Source: an uncultured Actinomycetes bacterium (GTDB taxonomy: Bacteria > Actinomycetota > Actinomycetes > Streptosporangiales > Streptosporangiaceae). From it: a stretch of 64,000 bases of DNA. Under the pieces are notes generated by a model, which was given only the letters and a program-made list of their open reading frames with translations, did not search any database and was not told the DNA's origin. Both the position numbers and the translations under genes were made by a program. This document shows, piece after piece, positions 20,298 to 29,060 of the stretch. Location of the stretch: contig CAWCJS010000005.1 in NCBI GenBank assembly GCA_963795795.1, positions 134,011-198,010 on the forward strand, in the 5' to 3' direction. Position 1 is the first letter of the stretch, and every line of letters starts with the position of its first letter.

Positions 20298-20753
20298 TCA
20301 GCCCCAGGCGCCTGCAACCTGCTTGGTGGTGGCGTTCAGGCGGTTGAACAGGTTGGTCACGCCGATCATCAGGACCAGAGCGGCCAGGCCGCGCTCGTCG
20401 AAGTGGGCGGCGGCCTCGTCCCAGATCTCGTCGGGGACCGGGTCGGGCCGGTCGGCCAGCCGGGTGGCGGCCTCGGCGAGCGCCAGCGCGGCGCGCTCGG
20501 CGTCCGTGAAGTAGGGCGCCTCGCGCCAGGCGGCCACCGCGAACAGGCGCTCGTCGGTCTCGCCGCCCTTCTTGGCGGTGCGCGCGCCGGCGTCGACGCA
20601 GGCGCTGCAGCCGTTGACCTGGCTGACGCGCAGGTGGACCAGTTCCAGCGTCGTCGGCGGCACGCCGCCCTGGCCGACGGCCTCGTTCAGGGCCTGGATG
20701 GGCTGCCAGACACCGGGCAGGATCATCGCGGGGTTCTTCATGCGTGCTTCCAT
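20298..20753 (-). CDS. carboxymuconolactone decarboxylase (AhpD-like) family protein
   Basis: Motif LVHLRVSQVNGCSACVD (CxxC) with GGAGG 5 nt upstream of the ATG. Divergent from an HxlR regulator gene, which is a typical pairing. Confidence 0.85.
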   Translation of the reverse strand: MEARMKNPAMILPGVWQPIQALNEAVGQGGVPPTTLELVHLRVSQVNGCSACVDAGARTAKKGGETDERLFAVAAWREAPYFTDAERAALALAEAATRLADRPDPVPDEIWDEAAAHFDERGLAALVLMIGVTNLFNRLNATTKQVAGAWG

Positions 20754-20778
20754 GTCTCCTCCTTCAGTGCGACTCGAT

Positions 20779-20795
20779 ACTCCTAACTTAGGAGT
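20779..20795. promoter_or_regulatory. 17-bp perfect palindrome, likely HxlR operator
   Basis: ACTCCTAA-C-TTAGGAGT lies in the divergent CMD/hxlR intergenic region. Further AACTCCT and ACTCCTAA half-sites follow at about 20798-20827. Confidence 0.6.
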
Positions 20796-20855
20796 TTAAC
20801 TCCTCATAGTCAAGCCATACTCCTAAATCAGGATCGCAGGTGCTACCATGGCGGC

Positions 20856-21527
20856 ATGGCCGGGAATCGGAGCTACGGCGAGCAGTGCGGGGTGGCCCGC
20901 AGCCTGGACGTGATCGGCGAACGCTGGGCATTGCTCGTCGTGCGCGAGCTACTGCTAGGCCCCAAGCGCTTCAACGACCTGCTCGCCGGGCTGCCCGGGG
21001 CGAGCCCGAACGTGATCAGCCAGCGGCTGCGGGAACTGGTCGAGGACGGGGTCATCGCCCAGCGCGAGCTGCCCCCGCCCGCTCGCGTGCGCGTCTACGA
21101 GCTGACCGACTGGGGCCGCGAACTCGAGCCGGTTTTGGTGCACCTGGGCCGCTGGGGCGGCCGAGCTCCGCTCCCCGAGGGCGCCCACGCCGGCCTGGAC
21201 TCGGTGCTGGTGGCCATCCAGGCGACCGCCGACCCGGCCCGCGTGACCGGCCGGTACCAGCTGCGCATCGGCGCCGACACCTTCGCGATCGACGGGACGT
21301 CCGGCTCGGTCCGCATCCGTCGCGGGACCGCCGACCAGCCCGACGCGACCGCCACGATAGATCCCAGCGTCTTCTTCGCCCTGGTCCTCGGCCAGCTTCC
21401 GGTCGGCGACGCGATCGCCGCAGGCGACCTGCGGCTGGACGGCAGCCCCGATGCCGCCGGGCGCCTGACCGACCTGCTGCTCGCGCTGGTCGCGGCCATG
21501 CCGCAAACCGTGAGCGCTGCAGGTTAA
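20856..21527 (+). CDS. HxlR-family transcriptional regulator with a C-terminal extension
   Basis: CGVARSLDVIGERWALLVVRELLLGPKRFNDLLAGLPGASPNVISQRLRELVEDGV is the canonical HxlR wHTH. Confidence 0.85.
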   Translation: MAGNRSYGEQCGVARSLDVIGERWALLVVRELLLGPKRFNDLLAGLPGASPNVISQRLRELVEDGVIAQRELPPPARVRVYELTDWGRELEPVLVHLGRWGGRAPLPEGAHAGLDSVLVAIQATADPARVTGRYQLRIGADTFAIDGTSGSVRIRRGTADQPDATATIDPSVFFALVLGQLPVGDAIAAGDLRLDGSPDAAGRLTDLLLALVAAMPQTVSAAG

Positions 21528-21552
21528 GGTTCCTTGGTGCTCCCCCGGCTCC

Positions 21553-22362
21553 TCAGGTCGTCTCGGGGGGAATGTACGTGGCGCTACGGTCGACCGCGAG
21601 GTAGACGTCCATGGCCACCGGGCGGCGCTGCTCTTCGGCCAGCTGGCCTAGCAGCCCGGCGGCCCGGGCCAGCAGCGCGAACCCGCGGAGCAGGCTCACC
21701 GGCAGGCCCAGGTCGGCCAGCGCCGCACCGCACGTCCCGGCCCCGTTGAGCGGGAGCGTCCGGCCGAGGACGTGCGGATGGACCCGGCCGATCGCCTCGA
21801 ACAGGCGCAGGTGCGGGCCGCGCAGTCCCTCTTCCTCCGCGATTCGCAGGAGCGCCGGGGTGCGCGGGTCGGTGACCTTGTGGACCGGGTGACCGAGCCC
21901 GGGGACGAAGCGGCCTTCGTTGCGCGCCCTGGTCACCGCGGCCAGCGCGAGCGCGTCCCAGCCGGCGTCGTCGGCGGGCAGCGGTGTCCCCGCTTCGGCC
22001 AGGGCGTCGGCGAGGAACCGGCCGGCGTCCTCGGTCACGCCGAGGAACCGCGAGCCGCCGCCGAGCAGCCCGGCGGCCAGCGCGCCCTGCACGGAATCGG
22101 GGGCGCTCAGGTAGGTCAGCCGGGCGGCGATGGCGGTGGGGGTGAATCCGTGGTCGGCCAGCGCCACCAGTACCGCCTCGAAGACGCGGACCTGCGACGG
22201 GGAAGGCCGGGCCTGGGTCACCAGCCAGAGGGCAAGCTCGCCGAAACCGACCTGGCCCATCAGGTCGGCCGCCAGGTCCTGGCCGAGCAGCGTGATCGTC
22301 GCGGCGTCTGAGGTGCCGAGCGAGGTGGGGTACGCCGGGGGCCGGGTCGGTTCCGCGGTCAT
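21553..22362 (-). CDS. citryl-CoA lyase / citrate synthase-like family protein
   Basis: FVPGLGHPVHKVTDPR and LPLNGAGTCGAAL motifs. The ATG at 22362 overlaps the upstream stop (ATGA). The ORF extension up to 22749 is judged non-coding. Confidence 0.75.
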   Translation of the reverse strand: MTAEPTRPPAYPTSLGTSDAATITLLGQDLAADLMGQVGFGELALWLVTQARPSPSQVRVFEAVLVALADHGFTPTAIAARLTYLSAPDSVQGALAAGLLGGGSRFLGVTEDAGRFLADALAEAGTPLPADDAGWDALALAAVTRARNEGRFVPGLGHPVHKVTDPRTPALLRIAEEEGLRGPHLRLFEAIGRVHPHVLGRTLPLNGAGTCGAALADLGLPVSLLRGFALLARAAGLLGQLAEEQRRPVAMDVYLAVDRSATYIPPETT

Positions 22363-23561
22363 GGCGCCGGGTCCGGATCGGGGCACGCCAGCCAGGCGCG
22401 GATCTGGTCGCCGTGCTCGTCGAGCTTGGGCGGCGGGAGCGGGTAGCTGGGCGGGGTGGCGGAGAAGGTCACCGGGTGGCGGATGCCAGGCCGGGCGGCG
22501 GCCCCCTCCCCCGCGATCACGATCGGGTCCAGGCCGATCTGGGTGGCGAAGGCAATGCCGGTGTCGACCGTGTTGATCGGGCCGCACGGGACGCCCGCGG
22601 CGATGAGGATTGCGAACCATTCGGCGGCCGGGCGCTCGGCTAGCAGGCCGATCATGAGCGCGCGCAGCTGCGCTCGGTTTGCGGTGCGGGCGGGGTTGGT
22701 GGCGAAGAGGGGGTCGTGACCGAGGTCCGGCGCGCCGAGGGCCTCGCACAGCTTGCGGAACTGGGCGTCGTTGCCGACCGCGATGACCAGGTCGCCGTCG
22801 CCGGTGGGGAACGGCTCGTAGGGGTACACGCTGGGGTGGGCGTTGCCCATCCGGAACGGGACCACCCCGCCGGCGGCGTACGCGCTGGTCTGATTCACCA
22901 TCCCGGACATCGCGCTGGCCATCAGGCTGGCCTCCACGAGCTGGCCCTGGCCGGTCGCGGCCCGGTGGTTGAGCGCGGCGAGGATGGCGATGGTGGTGTG
23001 CAGGCCCGCGATAACGTCGAACACCGAGATGCCCGAGCGGTACGCCGGACCGTCGGGCGCCCCGGTCATGCTCATCAGCCCGGACATGGCCTGCACCATG
23101 AGGTCGTAGCCGGGCAGGTCCCGGCCCGCGCCGCTGCCGAACCCGCTGATCGAGGCGTAGATGATCCGGGGGTTGGCGGCGCTGACCGACTCGTAGTCCA
23201 GGCCGAACCTGGCCAGCCCGCCCGGCTTGAAGTTCTCCACGAAGACGTCGGCCCGGCTCGCGAGCGTGCGGGCCAGTTTCTGGTCGCCTTCGGTGGTCAG
23301 GTCCAGCGCGACCGACCGCTTGTTCCGGTTGATCGCCAGGTAGTACGTGGACACGCCGTCCGGGGCGGCCGGGGGCGTCCAGCGGCGGGTGTCATCCCCC
23401 GCCGGGCTCTCGACCTTGATCACGTCGGCGCCCAGGTCGGCGAGGAGCATCGTGCAGTAGGGACCGGCCAGGACGCGGGAGAAATCGGCGACGAGCAGCC
23501 CCGCAAGAGGGCCAGGGCGAGGCTCTGGCGAGGTCGGGGCCGACGCGTCTTGACTGGTCAT
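22359..23561 (-). CDS. family III CoA-transferase (CaiB/BaiF)
   Basis: LAGLLVADFSRVLAGPYCTMLLADLGADVIKVE is the hallmark N-terminus. I prefer the ATG at 23561 (MTSQDAS). Confidence 0.85.
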   Translation of the reverse strand: MTSQDASAPTSPEPRPGPLAGLLVADFSRVLAGPYCTMLLADLGADVIKVESPAGDDTRRWTPPAAPDGVSTYYLAINRNKRSVALDLTTEGDQKLARTLASRADVFVENFKPGGLARFGLDYESVSAANPRIIYASISGFGSGAGRDLPGYDLMVQAMSGLMSMTGAPDGPAYRSGISVFDVIAGLHTTIAILAALNHRAATGQGQLVEASLMASAMSGMVNQTSAYAAGGVVPFRMGNAHPSVYPYEPFPTGDGDLVIAVGNDAQFRKLCEALGAPDLGHDPLFATNPARTANRAQLRALMIGLLAERPAAEWFAILIAAGVPCGPINTVDTGIAFATQIGLDPIVIAGEGAAARPGIRHPVTFSATPPSYPLPPPKLDEHGDQIRAWLACPDPDPAP

Positions 23562-23823
23562 GAAGCCCCTTCTGTCCGCCTGACGGTTCTCGGCCACGCG
23601 CCGCACGGCCCTGTCCGCACTGTAACGCGGTTTGCCTCTATCGTCCCCGCCGGGCGGATCTGGCGGGCTGTGCCAGCGGTGGCATCGGGTGGCTCGATGT
23701 TGATGCGCCCCACCATTGACACCGGCCTCAGGACTCGGCCAGGCTTCCGATCAGGCCGTGTTTAATGCGGTTAAACGTGCTCGGCCCTCACCCTGACAGA
23801 CATGCTCCATAGTGGAGGTTCTC

Positions 23824-25278
23824 ATGACGACGGCAGCGGACCTGGTAGCGGGACGGCCGCTGGTATTCCGCAACGCGACGGTGCTCACGATGGACGACGC
23901 GCACCAGGTCCTGACCGGGGCGGACGTGCTGGTTACCGGGGAGCGGATTGCCGCGGTCGGTCACGGCCTCTCGGTGCCGGACGGCACCGCGGAGATCGAC
24001 GCGACCGGCGGCATCCTCATGCCCGGCATGATCGACACGCACCGGCACATGTGGCAGACCGCCATGCGGGCGTACGGGGCCGACTGGACCCTCACGCAGT
24101 ACTTCGTCTGGTACTACCTGAACTGGGGCAAGAAGTTCCGCCCGCAGGACGTCTACGCCGGGAACCTGCTGTCGGCCATCGAGTCGATCGACGCCGGGGT
24201 GACGACCACGGTGGACTGGTCGCACGGGCTGCAGACGACCGAGCACGCCGAGGCCGCGACCGACGCGCTGGAGGAGGTGCCCGGCCGGTTCGTGCTCGCC
24301 TACGGGAACATCCAGCAGGGGTCGTGGGAGTGGAGCACCTCACCGGAGTTCCGCGACTTCTACGTGCGCCGGTTCGACGGCAAGGGCGACATGCTCGGGT
24401 TCGCGATCGCCTTCGACATCCCCGGTGACGACCCGGCGTTCCCGGAGAAGGCCACGTTCGAGGTGGCGCGCGAGATGGGCGTGCCGGTGACCACGCACGC
24501 CGGGGTGTACGGGATCACCCTGGATGCCGGCGTTCGGAGGATGTACGAGAACGGCTTCTGCACCCCGCAGACGGTCTACGTGCACTCCGCGTCCCTGTCC
24601 CCCGACTCGTACCACATCATCGCCGCCACCGGCGGTTCCGTGTCGGTCTCGACCGAGAGCGAGTGCAGCGCGGGCCAGGGGTACCCGCCCACCTGGAAGC
24701 TCCGCAAGTACGGCATTCCGGTCTCGCTGTCCCAGGACACCAGCGTCTGGTGGAGCGGCGACATCTTCTCGGCCATGCGGGCCACCCTGTCCGCCGACCG
24801 GGTCATGGACCACTTCGAGAACCACAACGAGGGCAGGGCCGTCACCAACCACCACCTGCGGGCCGAGCAGGTCGTCGACTGGGCCACCCGCGGCGGTTCC
24901 AAGGCCATCGGGCTGGACTCGGCCGTCGGCAGCGTGGAGGAGGGCAAGAAGGCCGACCTGGTGCTGATCAAGAACGACCACTCGCCGGTTTCGTTCCCGC
25001 TGTTGAACCCGTACGGGCACGTGGTCTACCAGTCCCAGCGCGGCGACGTGCACACCGTGGTGGTGAACGGGCGGGTCGTGAAGTACGACCACAAGCTGGT
25101 CGGCGTGGACCTGGACCGGGCCAGGCGGGCGATCGACGAGACCGTCGGGTACCTCAAGAGCGAGCTCGGCGAGCAGGCCTGGAACGAGGGCATGAACCCG
25201 GAGGTCCCCGAGCACGAGCAGTTGTCCAACCCGTACACGTATACGGGCGCGGCCGCCTGGAAGGAAGACGAGAGCTAG
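23824..25278 (+). CDS. metal-dependent amidohydrolase (cytosine/guanine/atrazine-deaminase-like superfamily)
   Basis: GGAGG lies 5 nt upstream of the ATG. PGMIDTHRHMWQT (HxH metal motif), later VHSAS and the QDTSVW region. Confidence 0.8.
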   Translation: MTTAADLVAGRPLVFRNATVLTMDDAHQVLTGADVLVTGERIAAVGHGLSVPDGTAEIDATGGILMPGMIDTHRHMWQTAMRAYGADWTLTQYFVWYYLNWGKKFRPQDVYAGNLLSAIESIDAGVTTTVDWSHGLQTTEHAEAATDALEEVPGRFVLAYGNIQQGSWEWSTSPEFRDFYVRRFDGKGDMLGFAIAFDIPGDDPAFPEKATFEVAREMGVPVTTHAGVYGITLDAGVRRMYENGFCTPQTVYVHSASLSPDSYHIIAATGGSVSVSTESECSAGQGYPPTWKLRKYGIPVSLSQDTSVWWSGDIFSAMRATLSADRVMDHFENHNEGRAVTNHHLRAEQVVDWATRGGSKAIGLDSAVGSVEEGKKADLVLIKNDHSPVSFPLLNPYGHVVYQSQRGDVHTVVVNGRVVKYDHKLVGVDLDRARRAIDETVGYLKSELGEQAWNEGMNPEVPEHEQLSNPYTYTGAAAWKEDES

Positions 25279-26261
25279 CCTGGCCTTTCCTCGAGTCTTT
25301 CCTCGAGCAGGCCGAGGTCGCGTAGGCTCTCGGCCGTTTCCACGATGGTCGCCTCCATGGGGCGCGGCTGCCAGCCGAAGAAGCGCTTCGCCTTGTCGTT
25401 GTGGATGACGAGGTTCGGCGGTTCGGCTCCGGGGGCTTCTTCGGTGGGCGTGCGCTCGCCGAGCGGACCGAGTCGGTCCCGCAGGACCTGGGCCATCTGG
25501 AGGAAGCTGATCGTGGGGCCGTCCGCGAGGACCAGGAAGCGCTGGCCCGCCGCCTCCGGCGCCGCCATGGCGAGGATGTGCACGTCGGCCACGTCGCGCA
25601 CGTCGGCGACGCCGAAGCGCTGGCGCCGGACGACGGGCATCGTCCCGTCGAGCATCATCTTGGTGAGCAGGAGCGAGGACCGTACCTCGGTCGTCAGGGT
25701 CGGCCCGAGGATGAACGTCGGGTTGATCACCACGAGTTCCATGTCACCGCCCTGGTCCTTCATGAAATCCCAGGCGGCGCGTTCCGCGATGGCCTTCGAG
25801 CGCGGGTAAGGGGGCAGACCGGGGGTATCGGGATCGGTCCAGTCGTCCTCGGTGTACTCCGCGCCCGGCTTGGGGGTGTAGCCGACCGCGGCGAAGGACG
25901 AGGTCAGCACGACCCGGCGAGCGCCGGCATCCCGGGCGGCGCGCAGCACGCGGACCGTGCCGTCGCGGGCCGGGATGAGGACCTCGTCGGGATCCGTCGG
26001 GTGGATCATCGGCGACGCGACGTGGTAGACGTCCGCGCACCCGTCGAGGGCGGCGGGCCACCCGTCGTCCGCGGTAAGCTCCGCGGTCACCACCTCGAGA
26101 CCGGCGTCGTCGGCATCGCCGCGACGGACCGCCGCGCGTACCGCGGGCTCACGGTCGAGCGACCGGACCGTGGTGCGCACGGGGGTCCCGGCCCGCAAGA
26201 GCGCGGCGATCAACTGCGTACCCAGATAGCCGGAACCACCGGTGACCAGGACCGGGCTCAT
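25275..26261 (-). CDS. NAD-dependent epimerase/dehydratase-type (extended SDR, aldehyde-reductase-like) protein
   Basis: MSPVLVTGGSGYLGTQL Rossmann motif, with GGAGGTGGCGCG directly upstream of the ATG at 26261, and Y..SK in PPYPRSKAIAE. It lies in the same frame as the upstream MerR ORF with no stop between them. Confidence 0.8.
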   Translation of the reverse strand: MSPVLVTGGSGYLGTQLIAALLRAGTPVRTTVRSLDREPAVRAAVRRGDADDAGLEVVTAELTADDGWPAALDGCADVYHVASPMIHPTDPDEVLIPARDGTVRVLRAARDAGARRVVLTSSFAAVGYTPKPGAEYTEDDWTDPDTPGLPPYPRSKAIAERAAWDFMKDQGGDMELVVINPTFILGPTLTTEVRSSLLLTKMMLDGTMPVVRRQRFGVADVRDVADVHILAMAAPEAAGQRFLVLADGPTISFLQMAQVLRDRLGPLGERTPTEEAPGAEPPNLVIHNDKAKRFFGWQPRPMEATIVETAESLRDLGLLEERLEERPG

Positions 26262-26696
26262 CGCGCCACCTCCATGACGCTCGACCACGACTCGGATCCG
26301 CTGCCACGCCTGCGCCTCCGCGTCGGTGTCGCCGCGGTCCCGGGCATCCCACAGAGCGGCCTTCTCCCGCAGGTAGTCCAGGTGCGTGTGCAGCGTCGCG
26401 ATCTCGGCTTCGACGCGTTCGGCGTGACGCAGGAGCAGGTCACGCTGCTCGGCCGCGGCGGCTCGGCCACGCGCGCGGTTGGCCTGGTAGGTGCGCATGT
26501 CTTCGATGCCCATGCCCATGGCACGCAGGCAGGCGAGGGCCTGGAGCGTGTCGAGATCCTCGTCGCGGTAGCGGCGGTGGCCGCTGCTGGCGTCGCGGTC
26601 GATCGGGCCGATGAGCCCGACCTCTTCGTAGTAGCGCAACGTCGGCTCGCTGAGCCCGCTGCGCCGCGACACATCCTGGATCGTGAGAACTGACAT
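26262..26696 (-). CDS. MerR-family regulator module (no stop codon of its own; reads through in-frame into the SDR)
   Basis: LTIQDVSRRSGLSEPTLRYYEEVGLIGPIDRDASSGHRRY is the MerR HTH, followed by a coiled-coil dimerisation helix. Confidence 0.75.
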
Positions 26697-26712
26697 AGCT
26701 GCAGCAAATCAA

Positions 26713-26730
26713 ACTTCAAGCGCTTGAAGT
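26713..26730. promoter_or_regulatory. 18-bp perfect palindrome, likely MerR operator
   Basis: ACTTCAAGCGCTTGAAGT lies 17 nt upstream of the MerR start, between merR and the divergent membrane-protein gene. Confidence 0.6.
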
Positions 26731-26794
26731 CAAGGCTCACGCCACGCGCTGAGCGGTAACGTTCCCGGAACGGTCGGGGTCTACCGTTGCTGGT

Positions 26795-27980
26795 GTGGGT
26801 GAGGTCAGTGGGCACCGGCTGGCCCGGACGGTGCTCGGCGCCGTTGCGGTGCTGTCCTTGGCGGCCGCGATTCCGCTGACCGTGCTATCCGGCCAGCTCG
26901 GCGACGGGCTGACCGCGTGGGCCATCGGCATCCCGAGCGCCGCCGTCGGGCTCCTGATTACCCGGCGTCAGCCTGGTAACCCGCTCGGCTGGCTGTTCCT
27001 GGTGTGCGCTGGCTGCCTGTTCGTCAGCAACGACGCCGTGGACTACTCGTACTTTGTCTACCGCCTGGGACACCATGTGCCCTTCGGTCCGCTGGCCCTG
27101 TGGCTAGCTGAGCTGTGGATCGTCGGCATCTTCCTGTTGCTGCTAGTGACGCTGCTCTTTCCTGACGGCTGGCCATCCTCTCCGTTCTGGTCCTGGGCCC
27201 TGCGGATCTTTTGCGCAGGGTTCGTGGTCACGCTCGCCGCGTATGCGGTGGAGACGAGCGCCGCGCTGGCCGCTCATCCGCTCCGTATCGATGCCTCCGG
27301 CGGGCTGGTGGCCATCGATAGCCCACGCGGCTGGTTCTCGGCCATCGAGGGGCTGTCCTTCCTGTTCGGCTTGGCGCTGGCGGCGGTTTTCATCGTGCGC
27401 CAGGTGCTGAGCTGGCGGCGGGCCAGCGGCGTGTACCGCCAGCAGCTGAAGTGGCTGGCGACCGGCGCGGCGGTCACCATCGCGTGCCGCGATCCCCTCG
27501 AGCCTGATCCCCACGTCGGGAACCACTACGACGGTGCTGCTGAACAACTTGTTCACGTGCGGTCTCGCGGCGCTGCCGGTTTCGATGGGCGTGGCGATCT
27601 TGAGGTACCGGCTGTATGAGATCGACCGGATCATCTCCCGGACGCTGGCCTACGCGATCGTCACTGGCCTGCTGATCGGGCTGTATGCGGGCCTCGTGCT
27701 GCTGGCCACCGAGGTGTTCCGGTTCCACAGCACGGTCGCGGTCGCCGCCGCTACGTTGGCCGCGGCGGCGCTCTTCAATCCCCTGCGGAGGCGCGTCCAG
27801 TTCACGGTGGACCGGCGGTTCAACCGGGCCCGGTATGACGCGGACCAGACCGTGGCCGCGTTTGCGGTCCGGCTGAAGGACGCGGTGGACCTGGACTCGG
27901 TCCGCGATGACCTGGGCAGGGTGGTGCAGGAGGCCCTGGAACCGGCCCACATGTCGGTGTGGGTGAGCCCGCGCACCTGA
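26795..27980 (+). pseudogene. paralog of 10080..11297 (sensor-like polytopic membrane protein), frame broken near 27485
   Basis: Frame 2 reads to ...QQLKWLATGAAVTIA. Frame 0 then continues AAIPSSLIPTSGTTTTVLLNNLF...VGVAILRYRLYEIDRIISRTLAYAIVTG...FNRARYDADQTV. Confidence 0.7.
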
Positions 27981-28009
27981 GGCGGGCCGCAATCCTAGGG
28001 CCGGGTGCT

Positions 28010-28053
28010 TGCGGGAGCGCACCAACGCTCGTTCGGGATAAAGGATCTTCTAG
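28010..28053 (+). repeat. copy A of a duplicated 45-nt element (TGCGGGAG-N12/13-CGTTCGGGATAAAGGRTCTT..TAG)
   Basis: TGCGGGAGCGCACCAACGCTCGTTCGGGATAAAGGATCTTCTAG. The second copy is at 44326-44371 in the same orientation. Confidence 0.7.
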
Positions 28054-29060
28054 TTCTGGCGCAGGCGGGACCAGGCGTCGGCGCCGACGGCCAGGAGCAG
28101 GATGCCGCCGAGGGCGATCTGCTCGTAGAGCGGGTTGAGGCCGAGCAGGTCGAAGCCGTTACCGATGAGGGCGATGAACAGGACGCCGATCACCGTCCGC
28201 CACATGGCGCCCTCGCCGCCGAGGATGCTCGTCCCGCCCACCACGATGCCCGCGAGCACGGTGAAGGTGAGCGTGGTCTCCCCGTTGGACGCCTGGGCGC
28301 TCAGCACGCGGGAGGCGTCGATCACCCCGCCGAGCGCCGCCGCGCCGCCGCTGAGCACGAAGGTGAGCGTCTTGATGCCTTGCACGCGGACGCCGGACAG
28401 GCGCGCCGCCTCGGCGTTGCTGCCGCTGGCGTAGATGTAACGCCCGGCCGTGGTCCGGCCCAGCACGACGGCGAGGGCCACGACGACGGCGAGCATCGTC
28501 CAGGTCGACGTGTTCACGGTCAGGAACGACGAGCGGGCTAGGTCGGCGAAGCCGGGGCGGGCGTAGTCGATGACGAGGTTCCCGCCGGTGACCAGGCTGG
28601 CCAGGCCGCTGACCACGAAGGACATGGCGAGCGTGGCGATGAGGGCATTTATCCGGAACGCCGTTACGATGACGCCGTTGACCAGCCCGACGCCCAGTCC
28701 CACGGCGATCCCGGCCACGATGGCGACCGTCGGCGAGGTGAACAGCGCGAGGTGCGCCGCGGTCACCCCGGCCAGCGCGTAGACGGCCCCGACGGACAGG
28801 TCGATCCCCCCGGCCACCACGACCAGCGTGCCCGCGGCGGCGATGATCAGCGTCGAGGACTGTTGGTCGAGGATGTCCAGCAGGTTGACCTTGGTGAAGA
28901 ACGGGCCGCTCCACACCGACAGCACGATGAACAAGACGATGAACGGGTAGAGGATCCCGGCCCGGCTCAGCCTGCTGAGGAGTTTTGCTGGCGGCAGCAG
29001 TTTTCGATTGCGGCTCGCGGGCGCGGGCGTAGGTGCCTGAGCGATATCTGGCTGGTCCAT
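28050..29060 (-). CDS. sugar ABC transporter permease (RbsC/AraH-like)
   Basis: 336 aa from the ATG at 29060 (MDQPDIAQ). Multiple TM segments and motif GRYIYASGSNAEAARLSGV. The upstream in-frame extension to 29741 overlaps the ATPase gene and is rejected. Confidence 0.85.
   Translation of the reverse strand: MDQPDIAQAPTPAPASRNRKLLPPAKLLSRLSRAGILYPFIVLFIVLSVWSGPFFTKVNLLDILDQQSSTLIIAAAGTLVVVAGGIDLSVGAVYALAGVTAAHLALFTSPTVAIVAGIAVGLGVGLVNGVIVTAFRINALIATLAMSFVVSGLASLVTGGNLVIDYARPGFADLARSSFLTVNTSTWTMLAVVVALAVVLGRTTAGRYIYASGSNAEAARLSGVRVQGIKTLTFVLSGGAAALGGVIDASRVLSAQASNGETTLTFTVLAGIVVGGTSILGGEGAMWRTVIGVLFIALIGNGFDLLGLNPLYEQIALGGILLLAVGADAWSRLRQN

Noticed and set aside
23760-23776. GTTTAA-TGCGG-TTAAAC inverted repeat upstream of the amidohydrolase
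   Set aside because: The arms are short (6 bp), no cognate regulator gene is adjacent, and chance occurrence is easy in an AT-richer promoter patch. This is too weak to call.
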